From positions 4,390 to 68,389 of IMG/VR virus record IMGVR_UViG_2974622993_000001: a DNA stretch of 64,000 nt. One strand, 5' to 3'. Positions 9,930 to 21,000 of this stretch are shown here, piece by piece (within the stretch, counting starts at the first letter, position 1; the number at the start of each line of letters is the position of its first letter). The notes below the pieces were generated by a model. That model worked only from the letters and a program-made list of their open reading frames with translations. It had not been told where the DNA came from and searched no databases. Both the position numbers and the translations under genes were made by a program. The DNA comes from a virus (lineage: Duplodnaviria; Caudoviricetes).

Positions 9930-10210
9930 ATGCGCTAAAGCCTTGGCACGGTTGGGCTTTCATCGCTGGTGCGGTCGTCTTATTTGAGACACTGTGTGCG
10001 AAAGAGCCTGTGCCGCAATACCTTACGCATGGATATTGGAGATTCAAAGAACAGCATCCACTGCTTGCATATTCAATTGTGGCTGTGACCGGACTTCACC
10101 TGCTTGGTCATATGCCACCCAAACTTGACCCATACCATCTAACAATCCTTGCTTGTACCGGCGCTGGAAAGTACTGGGCGACAAGGAAAACCAAGACTTC
10201 CGCAGTGTAG
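9926..10210 (+). CDS. small membrane protein (conserved in actinophages)
   Basis: W..I.G.V..FE...HP.L...HLLG..P..LDP pattern. Confidence 0.6.
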   Translation: MNALKPWHGWAFIAGAVVLFETLCAKEPVPQYLTHGYWRFKEQHPLLAYSIVAVTGLHLLGHMPPKLDPYHLTILACTGAGKYWATRKTKTSAV

Positions 10211-10265
10211 CGGAGAGCGCCAACACTCTGCGTTAAAAGAGTGGGATACCGACGGGTTTACGGAA

Positions 10266-10832
10266 ATGCCAGATAATGAAAACGAAAATGAGAATGGGTA
10301 CACTCCGCCCGCTTCTCAGGACGAGCTAGATCGGATCATTCAGGAGCGAGTTGCACGCGCAAAGGATTCTGCCTTGCGGGAATTCGCAGAGAAGTACCCC
10401 GACCTAGATAAGCTCGATGCTTATCGAGAGAATTCTAACAAGCTGAAAGAGCTTGAACAGAAGGGACTTTCGGCCGAACAGCTATGGGAGCAGGAAAAGA
10501 ACGACCTGCTAGCTAAGCTTTCGGAAAAGGACACGACTATTGCCAGTGTTCAGAAGGAACTTGAAGACGAACGCCTCGAAAAGATTCGTAGTGAAGTGGC
10601 ACTCACGAAGAATATCCCCGCTACGCAGCTACGCGGATTTTCTACAAAGGAGGAAATGGAAGCCGAAGCCGACCGACTAATTGAGTGGGCACAGGAACGC
10701 GCTTCTAACGCTGAGTCAAAGTCTAAGTCCCGCAGCAAGATTCGCAGCGGTGCTGGCGGTGGCACAGTGGACCGGGACAAGCTCACCCCCAAGGAACGCG
10801 CAGCACTAAAGCTACGCGGCGAGCTTGAATAA
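10266..10832 (+). CDS. capsid scaffolding protein
   Basis: SQDELDRIIQERVAR coiled coil immediately before the capsid gene. Confidence 0.85.
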   Translation: MPDNENENENGYTPPASQDELDRIIQERVARAKDSALREFAEKYPDLDKLDAYRENSNKLKELEQKGLSAEQLWEQEKNDLLAKLSEKDTTIASVQKELEDERLEKIRSEVALTKNIPATQLRGFSTKEEMEAEADRLIEWAQERASNAESKSKSRSKIRSGAGGGTVDRDKLTPKERAALKLRGELE

Positions 10833-10843
10833 TCAATTAATAA

Positions 10844-11839
<996 letters not shown>

Positions 11840-11853
11840 TCCTAAGGAGCACA

Positions 11854-12267
11854 ATGGCACTCGCAACTATCGATGACCTTGTGCTCGTGTTGGATAGGGA
11901 GCTAGAGGCAGGCGAAATCCAAAAGGCCACAGGCTATTTGGAAATTGCTTCCGCACTGGTCGAGGGGTACTGTCAGACAACTTTCACGTCTCCGGTACCC
12001 CGGCCAGTCGCCTTGGCTACGGCGATGATTGCCGCGCGTAGATTTGAATACCCTGCTGCCGCAACGAATTTGGGCGGTGAGGTTGAAAAGAGCCAGTACG
12101 TTATGGGTCCTTTCCAGGGTGGATTCACCTATGCCGGAAAGGGTTCCAAGTGGTACGTTGGTGCAGCTGAAAAAATCATGCTGGACCCTTATGCCGCACA
12201 GTCTTTCCAGTCTGTCGTACTTGGTTCCGAGCGTGGGTTTTACGAATGGGAAGAGGATGAATCCTGA
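11854..12267 (+). CDS. head-to-tail adaptor
   Basis: ALATIDDL..ASALVEGY; position after capsid. Confidence 0.8.
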   Translation: MALATIDDLVLVLDRELEAGEIQKATGYLEIASALVEGYCQTTFTSPVPRPVALATAMIAARRFEYPAAATNLGGEVEKSQYVMGPFQGGFTYAGKGSKWYVGAAEKIMLDPYAAQSFQSVVLGSERGFYEWEEDES

Positions 12268-12647
12268 TGTTAGGCATCCTCTCCCATCTCCCATGCAATT
12301 ATCCTATTCAAATCGCAAGGCGCACAAGCCAATCGATCAACGATGCAAATGAGACTGTCGTCTCACATGGAGCACCTGAGACTGTGAACATCTTCGGATG
12401 GGCACGTAGGCAAGGTCCCGACACGGTTGAATTCGATTCTGCCGGTGATCATTTCGAGAACCGACTTGAATTGTATGTTCCGTCTGATATCCCCATTTAC
12501 CCTGAGGACTTGGTTTCGCTGGATGGTGAAACCTGGTGTCTCGTAAAGTCTTTGGGGGCTGACTACGACCACGGGCCTTTCGCTCCCGTGGGTTGTCGTA
12601 TCTATTTGATTTCAGATGAAGTGGAGGCACCCCAATGGTCTTTGTAA
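12267..12647 (+). CDS. head-to-tail stopper
   Basis: Synteny; ELYVP...PEDLV.L.G motif. Confidence 0.7.
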   Translation: MLGILSHLPCNYPIQIARRTSQSINDANETVVSHGAPETVNIFGWARRQGPDTVEFDSAGDHFENRLELYVPSDIPIYPEDLVSLDGETWCLVKSLGADYDHGPFAPVGCRIYLISDEVEAPQWSL

Positions 12648-12841
12648 CTCTAGCCGATGGAAGCGTAACTGAATTCCCTTCTGCCACAGGGGTTATCTCT
12701 GAGGGCAACGGGAATCTTGCTGTGGTCCGTATGGTTTCAGGCAAGCCACTTCCGGTGGCGGGATTCTCCGCTGGTGTGTGGATTGGCTACGAGGTCAACG
12801 ACATTCAGACATTCCACCTAAAGGGGTTTGCCAATGGCTAA
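12635..12841 (+). CDS. hypothetical protein
   Basis: 68-aa ORF overlapping neighbours in the neck module. Confidence 0.6.
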   Translation: MVFVTLADGSVTEFPSATGVISEGNGNLAVVRMVSGKPLPVAGFSAGVWIGYEVNDIQTFHLKGFANG

Positions 12842-13118
12842 CGGCTTCAAGGTAAATCGGATCAAGTGGAACATCGCAGGCTTCCGTGAGTTGCGTTCTA
12901 ACGGCGCAGCACAGTCGATGATTGATGAACGGCTACAAGCGATTTGCGACTACGCAAATAGCCAGGTCAGTGATGGCGGGTTCGACTGGGAATCGCATAT
13001 GTCGGTGCCTAGTCCGCAAGGTCGCTGGCGCGGAACGGTTTTCCCAACTACGTCTAAGGCAAGGGCAGAGAACGCTAGGCACAACATTCTAATTCAAGCT
13101 GTACATGCAGGGGGCTAA
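12828..13118 (+). CDS. neck protein (HK97 gp10-like)
   Basis: IKWNIAGFRELRS..ENARHNIL; synteny. Confidence 0.65.
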   Translation: MPMANGFKVNRIKWNIAGFRELRSNGAAQSMIDERLQAICDYANSQVSDGGFDWESHMSVPSPQGRWRGTVFPTTSKARAENARHNILIQAVHAGG

Positions 13119-13499
13119 ATGTTTTCCGACAAAGTCCCAATCTCTGCGCTGGCCACAGTGATTCAAATCCTCAGTTCCGAATTGACTTGTCCCGTTGGGG
13201 CATCCAAGCAGAACGATTGGGGAAAAGTTTACATCACCGTGAAACGCCTTGGTAGCCACAGGTATACGCCTGTAACCAATAGCGCTAACGTTCTGGTGGA
13301 ATGCTATGCGGAGAATGAATTAGATTCGGAACGCCTAGCCGATTTGGCTGAGTCTGTTCTCCGAAGCTCCGTTCAAAAGAGACAAGGTAATTACTATTTG
13401 ACCTATTGGGATACGACTCAGGGACCTACTTCCCTTAGACATCCGGAAGGTCTGCACCGACACCAATTCATAGGAATCGCAACGGTTCCAGCTAGATAG
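13119..13499 (+). CDS. tail terminator protein
   Basis: Position before the major tail gene; V.VECYA, RHQF motifs. Confidence 0.75.
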   Translation: MFSDKVPISALATVIQILSSELTCPVGASKQNDWGKVYITVKRLGSHRYTPVTNSANVLVECYAENELDSERLADLAESVLRSSVQKRQGNYYLTYWDTTQGPTSLRHPEGLHRHQFIGIATVPAR

Positions 13500-13510
13500 G
13501 AAATTTAAAT

Positions 13511-14068
13511 ATGGCTAACACTGATAATGTGTATGTCGCTCAGCCCACGGCTACGGGCGGCACTTTTTATCGGGCAGTTAAGGGAACCCCCTTGCCCGAG
13601 GACGCAATTGAGGCCCTTGATGTAGCATTCAAGGACCTTGGTTACGTTGGCGATGATGGTTATACGTACACCATTACTCGCGATGCTACGGACATTAATG
13701 CTTTCGGTGGCGACATTGTTGCTAGCCCGCAGCAGTCCTACAAGGAAGAGATTAAGGTTACGCTCCTAGAGTCGAATAACCTTGAAGCTCTTAAGACTGC
13801 ATTCGGCGATGACGCTGTGTCTGTCGCCGGTGGCGTGGTTACCGTGGCACGTTCCAAGGCTATTCTCCCGCGTTCGTCCTTCGTGGTCGATACCGTGGGT
13901 CAGGATGGCGGCGAGCGTCGTATCGTTATTCCTAATGGTCAGGTTACGACCGTTGGCGATATCGTCTACGTCCATAGCGATGTGGTTAAGTATGAGCTAA
14001 CCATTGTTTGCTACCCCGACCTTAATGGTAAGCCTTCCTACGAGTATTCGGAAGAGCCTGCCTCCTAA
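13511..14068 (+). CDS. major tail protein
   Basis: FKDLGYVGDDG, AFGGDIV, KYELTIVCYPD motifs. Confidence 0.9.
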   Translation: MANTDNVYVAQPTATGGTFYRAVKGTPLPEDAIEALDVAFKDLGYVGDDGYTYTITRDATDINAFGGDIVASPQQSYKEEIKVTLLESNNLEALKTAFGDDAVSVAGGVVTVARSKAILPRSSFVVDTVGQDGGERRIVIPNGQVTTVGDIVYVHSDVVKYELTIVCYPDLNGKPSYEYSEEPAS

Positions 14069-14112
14069 GGCATTTCGCCCAACCGGCTTGGCGAACCGGA
14101 ATGAAAGTTGGT

Positions 14113-14156
14113 CCCCTGCCCCACTACTCCGGGGCAGGGGGTCTCTTTCTTTTTTC
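14113..14156 (+). terminator. intrinsic terminator after major tail gene
   Basis: CCCCTGCCCC/GGGGCAGGGG stem followed by a T-rich tract. Confidence 0.75.
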
Positions 14157-14186
14157 TAATCCTCCACTAGAAAAAGAGAAAATCCT

Positions 14187-14501
14187 ATGACCGATATCTT
14201 TACAGTTCCCGCTTCTCAGTCTACTAAGAAAGAGAATCAGTTCAAGTTTAAGCTTGGCGCAAAGACTTTCACCATTCCGAAGATGCAGTATCTTCCTGGT
14301 GATGCCATCGACTTTATCGATGAGAAAGCGAAAGAGGTTGCGCTAGAGTGGCTTTTGATGCGCCACCTTTTCATGTACCTAGTTCCTTTGGCGCAGGATC
14401 AGATTCGCGGTATGAGTCGTGATCAGATTGACGCACTAACAAAGGCGTGGGATGAAGCCAGCACAACCGATGTGGGGGAATCCTCAGCCTCAGAGGAATA
14501 A
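14187..14501 (+). CDS. tail assembly chaperone (short form)
   Basis: F.FKLG.KTFTIPKMQYLP; ends in a slippery site. Confidence 0.85.
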   Translation: MTDIFTVPASQSTKKENQFKFKLGAKTFTIPKMQYLPGDAIDFIDEKAKEVALEWLLMRHLFMYLVPLAQDQIRGMSRDQIDALTKAWDEASTTDVGESSASEE

Positions 14502-14983
14502 TCCATTCTTATCCTGAGGCTTTCGAATATGACCTATTGACTCATGGATATAGGCCATCCCTACAAGAACTAACCCTCCGCGAATTGTACGTTCTAGCAT
14601 CGGGTTTCGCTAAAGACGAATCCTGCCATTTGAATAGGGAGATTGATCCTGATTATCAATGGCACACGATCCCGGTGATGTTCGACTCTCTGATTCTCCA
14701 TGCCCTACAGTTGGCAAACCACCAGCGTGGCATGGTAGTTGACTCTCAGGGTCTCCTGGTCATCCCAGAATTGATCACCCAAGAGTCACTGGCCAGAATG
14801 CTGGCAGAGAATCCTGAGCCTAAAACAGATTCAGTTGTTGAGCAGGAGCACCCAGACCACGGTCGTAAGAGGTTGCCCGGCACTATCATTGAGTCTGCTG
14901 ATGACTTAGAGAAATTCAAGAATGAGATGGAAGAACGTAGGCGGCAAAAGCGAGAGGCACGTAAACAAAGAGAAACCCCCTAG
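14187..14983 (+). CDS. tail assembly chaperone, -1 frameshift form (GGGGGAA at 14474-14480)
   Basis: The -1 frame is open from the slip site (GGILSLRGIIHSYPEAFEYDLLTHGYR...) into ORF 14537..14983. Confidence 0.85.
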
Positions 14984-15000
14984 GTCGAAACCTAGGGGGT
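14975..15000. terminator. hairpin terminator between chaperone gene and antisense cassette
   Basis: ACCCCCTAGG-TCGAAA-CCTAGGGGGT perfect 10-bp stem. Confidence 0.6.
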
Positions 15001-15266
15001 CCTCATTCTGAAACGTATCGGGGATTCCTCCCTGAGAAGAGGGTGTCCAGTTCTCTTCTACTACAAGAGCATTCGTGGAAGAGGGACCGCTAATGAATCC
15101 CGGAAGGGGTTAGGGGATTCATCCCTACCTCCGAAACCCGTTACGTTCCAGGCTTATTCAGTTATGGTAATCCCCCTACCTCCGGGAAGTACGGCAGAGG
15201 TAGGGGGGACCCATTTTCACCAGGAGTCTTCACTCCTCTTTCAGGCTACCACCCCTGAAAGTTCTT

Positions 15267-16748
15267 CTAGCTCAACGGCTTCCGCAGGGTGCCGAACACA
15301 TCGTCACCATCTGCACTGGCACCATAGACAATCGTGGAAGGAATAGCCCCCTCGATTGCCCGACCAAATGCTTCCGTGAACTCGACTGGCTTCTCACCCT
15401 CACGAGCAAGCAACTGGTCTTCCAGCTGAGGTCGGAGTCCCCTTGCGGCAGCTACCAAGTCGGGCGTGTCCAGGACATACCCAGTCGTACCGCCAAGGCG
15501 CGCAATGGCATACGTCTTTGCGCGTTCCAGTGCCTCTCGAACGAATGCCGGGAGGAACTGCTCCATCGATGCATAGACCTCATCGAAATCGACTGTCTTG
15601 GCAAGCTTGTCAGCCGGAACGATTGCCTTGATGAGCTTTTCAACGCCACCACGATCCAGGTCTCGAATCGGAATGACAGCATCGATACGACCGGGGCGAA
15701 GCATTCCCTTGTGAATCCGCTCGTAATGGTTGGTGGTCATCACGAGACAAAGTTCTGCACCCTTGGAAGTCAGACCATCGAACGATTCGAGCAACTGCTG
15801 AACCTCATGGTCATCGGCCGAACTTGCCTGTCCGTCAACGTCTTCGAAGAAGACAACGGAAGGCTGGTACAACCGTGCAAAACTGAGAACGTCATTGATG
15901 TTCTCACCGGGCTTGGCAGAAATGAATGTCCAGTCATTCTCATTGGCTTTCTGCGCGGTAAGGAATCCAGCGGAAGTCTTACCTGTTCCGTAGGGTCCTT
16001 CCAGGAGAACCGAACGCTTGGTGCGAATTCCCTCTGCCTTCAACACATCTCGATGTTCCAGAACGGACCACAGGGTTCCATTCATGGTGGCCAGTGCCTC
16101 ATCGGAGAACACAACCTCATCGGGATTGAACTGCCGAAGGTCAAGGAACTCAGGCGTTCCCGACGTTCCGACGATGCTCTTGGCGCGGTAAATCGAATTG
16201 GTCTTCAATTCCTCTTCGACTGCCCGGAAGAATTCCTCAATCTTCGGGGAATGCTTTTTCCGAACACTCGCAACCAAATACAGGCAGGTTACGCCATCCT
16301 TTTTGGTGCCGGTGATTTCCAGCTTGGCATCGTCTCCGAGAGTCGGGAGAGCGATTGTGCCCCAAGGGAACTGCTCAACCACACCCACATCGGTGGCCAA
16401 GTCCACGGTCTGGGGCGGGGTGGTCCCAAAGAAACTGTGCTGTGCAATTCCGAACGTTGCGCCATAGACCCGCTTCACAACGCGATTGACTGCAACCACG
16501 CCATCCCAAATGGAATAGCGGAACAGGCGATTCACGTCTGTCATTGTTTCGGCTTCACGTTCCAGCCGGTCCAGAATCTCGCGTGCCCGCTTGTAGGTCA
16601 TTCCCTCAGGGACTGAGATGTACTGTCCCTCATGGAATTTCACCAGGTCGCCGGTGATGACAGCATCTTTCCCGCTGCCACCGATTGTCACTGTTGCACT
16701 ACCGCCCAGTTGGGCGGCAAGGTCGGCAAGTGCCGAATTCGAATCCAT
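15267..16748 (-). CDS. AAA+ ATPase
   Basis: GPYGTGKT Walker A, VVFFEDVD Walker B, MTTNH..MLRPGRID second region of homology. Confidence 0.9.
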   Translation of the reverse strand: MDSNSALADLAAQLGGSATVTIGGSGKDAVITGDLVKFHEGQYISVPEGMTYKRAREILDRLEREAETMTDVNRLFRYSIWDGVVAVNRVVKRVYGATFGIAQHSFFGTTPPQTVDLATDVGVVEQFPWGTIALPTLGDDAKLEITGTKKDGVTCLYLVASVRKKHSPKIEEFFRAVEEELKTNSIYRAKSIVGTSGTPEFLDLRQFNPDEVVFSDEALATMNGTLWSVLEHRDVLKAEGIRTKRSVLLEGPYGTGKTSAGFLTAQKANENDWTFISAKPGENINDVLSFARLYQPSVVFFEDVDGQASSADDHEVQQLLESFDGLTSKGAELCLVMTTNHYERIHKGMLRPGRIDAVIPIRDLDRGGVEKLIKAIVPADKLAKTVDFDEVYASMEQFLPAFVREALERAKTYAIARLGGTTGYVLDTPDLVAAARGLRPQLEDQLLAREGEKPVEFTEAFGRAIEGAIPSTIVYGASADGDDVFGTLRKPLS

Positions 16749-16805
16749 TTGTTACCCTTTCCTTTTCGACCGCTTGTCGGTCAAATCTGTGGTGTCACTT
16801 CGTTT

Positions 16806-17354
16806 CTACGCGGAAGTGTCTGTGCTGTCAAGCATTCTCTGTGGGGAAATTTCGGCTACCTGACCCACGAGTGTGCGCCAATATCCACTTACCCCCACTT
16901 CCCCGATGTGATCCTGCAACCTTTCCCCATCCAGTACATCACAAGGACTGCTGTTGGGGTTGTCTTCCCATGCGAGAGCTACGTTTTCACCGATTTTGAA
17001 AATGAATCGGTGATCCGCTCCGGTGGCGTAAAGCAATTGGAAATTGGGAACTTCACCCCACATATCCCAATAGGTTTTGCGGTAGACGTAATAATCAGAA
17101 CTACAATCCCAATCACACGAGTCCATGTAGATGTTTGTTCGGTACGGTTGCCAGAATTCCATCGCCTCTCCTGTTTGGAGACTTGGCAATTCGTCGTACA
17201 GATGTGGTGTCCATTTCAGGGTGTACGGATTGAACATGAAGAACAGGTCTACCGTGGGGATAAAGCAATACTTTTTCCCCTCGTTGTCATACCAGCAAAG
17301 AAAGAAATTCTCCCTTTGAATTTGGAGTTTCATTTCATCTTCGAAATTGGTCAT
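16806..17354 (-). CDS. aromatic-rich hypothetical protein (paralog B)
   Basis: Aligns by eye with 17351..17887. Confidence 0.75.
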   Translation of the reverse strand: MTNFEDEMKLQIQRENFFLCWYDNEGKKYCFIPTVDLFFMFNPYTLKWTPHLYDELPSLQTGEAMEFWQPYRTNIYMDSCDWDCSSDYYVYRKTYWDMWGEVPNFQLLYATGADHRFIFKIGENVALAWEDNPNSSPCDVLDGERLQDHIGEVGVSGYWRTLVGQVAEISPQRMLDSTDTSA

Positions 17355-17887
17355 ACCAAAACCTCATCCCATCCCATGCGAACCCAGTAGCTATTCCTAC
17401 GCACATGGTCAATGTGGTTGCGTAGCAACTCATCCTGGATTTCAATGAAGTTTCCAGCGAAATCGTCTGAGCCGGTTTGCCATCCAAGGGCTAGGTCGTT
17501 GTTGACTTTGAATATGAAATTGAATTCTCCACCATCGTTTGACCAGGCCAAGGTCATTGGTTCAAGCCTTCTCCAACTATCCGTTGAAGACCCGTAATCC
17601 TTTGTGGGTCCACTGATGTGGATTGTCTTCCCGTACGGGGTCCACTCAGGCAGGGTGTACTCACCTTCCACCAACATCGGAAGATTGTTGTAAGTGTGGA
17701 TGGTCCAACGCTGATCGGGCATCTGCTCTCTCGGGTTGTACATGAAGAACAGGTCGTCAGCCAGAATGAATTTATAGACGGGATGCTCTGGCCCCAAACG
17801 CCATTCGGCTACGTTCCGATCCTGTGCAACCAATTCCTTGCAGGCGATTGTGAAGTAGCTCTGCATCGGGTCATCGAATTCTGTCAT
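17351..17887 (-). CDS. aromatic-rich hypothetical protein (paralog A)
   Basis: GGAAGGGAAA SD; shares DLFFM.NP, WT.H.Y..LP.L..GE, FIFK, AL.W motifs with paralog B. Confidence 0.75.
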   Translation of the reverse strand: MTEFDDPMQSYFTIACKELVAQDRNVAEWRLGPEHPVYKFILADDLFFMYNPREQMPDQRWTIHTYNNLPMLVEGEYTLPEWTPYGKTIHISGPTKDYGSSTDSWRRLEPMTLAWSNDGGEFNFIFKVNNDLALGWQTGSDDFAGNFIEIQDELLRNHIDHVRRNSYWVRMGWDEVLV

Positions 17888-18003
17888 TGTTTCCCTTCCA
17901 TTTTTTCCAGCTTATTTAATAACTGGACTTCCCTTCGTCTGCTGCCACCGTACGTGGCGCACAGGGGGTCCGCAACCTTAAAACTTTAAAGGGGTTTACG
18001 CAC

Positions 18004-21000
18004 ATGGCCATTGAACTAGCACAGGCGTACGTCTCCCTACATATCGAGTCCAAGGACGTTCCCAAGGAAGTGGGACAAGCCTTGGGGGGCAACCAAACTC
18101 AGAGGGAGGCGACGAAGGCAGGCGAAAAATCTGGCGGCAAATTCGCTTCCGGTATGGGCAAAGTCCTACTAGGTGCAGGTGCCGCTGTTGGTGCTGCTGG
18201 TGGCGCTGCCATCGGTGGTGCTTTGGCATCAGGCTTTTCACGCCTCTCTAAGATTGAAGAGGCCAAATCCAAGCTAACAGGTTTGGGTAATACTTCCATG
18301 GCAACAAGTGAAGCCATGGATTCCGCATTGCAATCCGTCCAAGGAACAGCCTATGGATTGGATGATGCTGCAACGATTGCCGCGTCAGCTATGGCGGCAG
18401 GCGTCAAGCCCGGTAAGGAACTGACGAATTACCTTAAACTGACGGCAGATACAGCGTCCATCACTGGTGCGTCCCTGTCGGATACCGGCCGCGTGATGAA
18501 CAATGTCACGACGCTAAACAACGCTTACAACGATTCTTTGCAGGTTCTCGCTCAGCGCGGATTGCCTATCTACACTTGGCTTTCCGAGGAGCTAGGCGTT
18601 TCCACGGCGGCGGTGAAAGACCTTGCCAAGGAAGGAAAGATTTCAGCGGCTGTATTTCAGCGCGCTATTGCAAAGCATGTTTCAGGTGCTGCCCTAGACG
18701 CTGGTGATACGGTTCAGGGTTCGTTCGAAAATATGGTGACCGCTGTAACCCGTTTGGGCGCAGCGTTTTTGGAGCCTAGCTTTAAGCGTGGCCCCGGACT
18801 CATCGCGGGAATCACTACCCGAATCGATGCTCTCGCACCGACTGTTCGCAATTTGGGAATGGATGTCGATGACACTATTTTCAATAAGCTAATTCCTGGT
18901 CTCGAAAAGGGATATGCCGCTGCTAAGCCTTGGGCTGAAATGCAGTGGAAATCCGGAATTGGCTTGGCGCTCCAGGAAGCTGGCGATGCCATCCAGGAAT
19001 TAACCCCAGCCGTGAAGGACCTGTTTAAGGCAACAGGTTTGGGTGGTGGCGCTGCTGGCGTTTCCATGTTCGGGTTCATTACCGCTGGCGTACAAGCGTT
19101 TACGGCTGGACTAGAAGCCGTCACTCCTCTCATCAAGTCGGTTTCAGGATTCCTTGCTGAACATACGGGAATCGTGAAAGCCGCTGTCGGAGCGTATCTT
19201 ACATTCAAGTTTGCACAGATGGCCCTTGGTGGTCTGCGTGCAGGTTGGGCACAGACTGCTGCCGCTTCCGGTGGGGCACTTGCCCGTATGCGTGCAGGAA
19301 TGTCTACCGCTAACATTCAGGGTGGCGTTCTAACCCGTACTGTCTCAGGCATTTTCACCACGGCTGGTGCTGCTGCCGCGACTACTGCCCGTCCTATCTC
19401 CGCTATTAATACCCTCCTACGTGGAACCGGTACTAGCGCAGCGGTTTCCGGGCGTGAGCTTTCGAGAATCAGTACTAACCTACAGAATTGGGGTAGCTCT
19501 ACCACCCCGATCATTGCTGGTACGAATCGACAGATTTCTACGTTCGGGTCCAATACCCGTACTGCCGCAACGAATACCGGAACTCTGGGTCAGAGATTCG
19601 CTAACGCTGGACGCAACGCGCTTACTGCTGGCGGACAAATGGCTAAGGCTATCGGTAGCACTCTCGGTTTGACTGCCGCTATTGTTGGCGTGGGTATGCT
19701 GGCCCAAAGTTGGTCTGACGCAAGGGCTAACAGCCAGCGCTATGCCGCTTCTCTGAAAGATGTTGAGAAAGCACAGTCCACCGCGTTTAACGCTCTAATC
19801 GCTTCTCGCGGTGAAACAACCCCTGATGTGGTTGCAGCTACCGCGGAACAGGTTAAGGGCGTAGAGGATGCTCTGAATAGCGTTAAGGGTCCCGCTTGGC
19901 ATCAGCGTTTGGGTGATTTCTTCCAGCCTTCCGGTGAGGATTCATTCTCTATCGGAAACATTCCCGGCCTTGGCCCGGACATGCCTGAAAAGCTTTCCAA
20001 GCCTTCACGCATGCAAGAGAACCATGATGATTCTCAGCGTGCGCTAAAGGTGATGGATGCCCTAAAGATTACTACCGAAGAAATGGGCGTTGCCGTTTCC
20101 GGTACTTCTCTACAGTGGCAGACCATGCGCGACAGGCTAACTGCCGCAGGTGATGGTGGTAATTATCTTCTGTCGAAGATGGTTCCGCTACGTATCGAGC
20201 ATGAGGCTTCCGCTAAGGCTGCTCGTGAATTGGCTCCTGGCACAATGGAATTGGGCCGCGCCATCGACATTATGGGTGACTCTTCGGCTTCCGCTTCGAC
20301 GAAGCTAAAGGCTCTCAAAGAGGCGATGGACGCCGCTAATCCCCAGGGCGACAGGGCTTCTGGTATGGCTGCCTATGGCGAAGCAATTCGTCAGGTGCAG
20401 AATGAGATTGGCAATCTGTCTGGCGTGGTCATTCGCGCTGATGGTTCGTTGGATACCGTAAACGAAAGTGGCGCAAAGCTTTACGCTACTCTCCGCTCTC
20501 TCGCCGAGGGTGCCGGTCAGGCAGCGGTCAGCGGAAACATGGAAGACATGAAGCGCGTTGCTCAGGAAAATGAGCAAGTGTTCCGCCAATTGGCCGATGC
20601 CACAGGGCTTTCCATCGGGAAGATCAAGGAACTTTACGGAACCTTCGGTGGTAAGACTGTCGATATCACGATGAGTCTAGCCAATCAGCCTGAGATTATT
20701 AGTCAGCTTGGCTTTATTAAATCTCAGCTTGATGGTGTGAAAACCAATGTGCCGATTACCATTGGCGCAGACCAGGTTACGAAGGACACTGAAGCCTATC
20801 TAACCGGACTCGGAATTAAGGTTGACCGCCTAGCCGATCCATCTGGTAAGACGGTTAAGATTAATGCACAATCCGAAGGCGCAGAAGCTGCACTTGCCGG
20901 AGTGATGCAGAAAATCATCGAGTTTAATAACTCGAATCCCGAAGCCAATATGGACCTCAATACAGCTAGGTTCAATCTTAAAGCGGGAGAAGCCACTGAT

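Noticed and set aside
15711-17989. Long plus-strand ORFs (301, 252 and 123 aa) that would fill the chaperone-tape measure gap
   Set aside because: They are antisense shadows of the motif-bearing AAA ATPase and paralog genes
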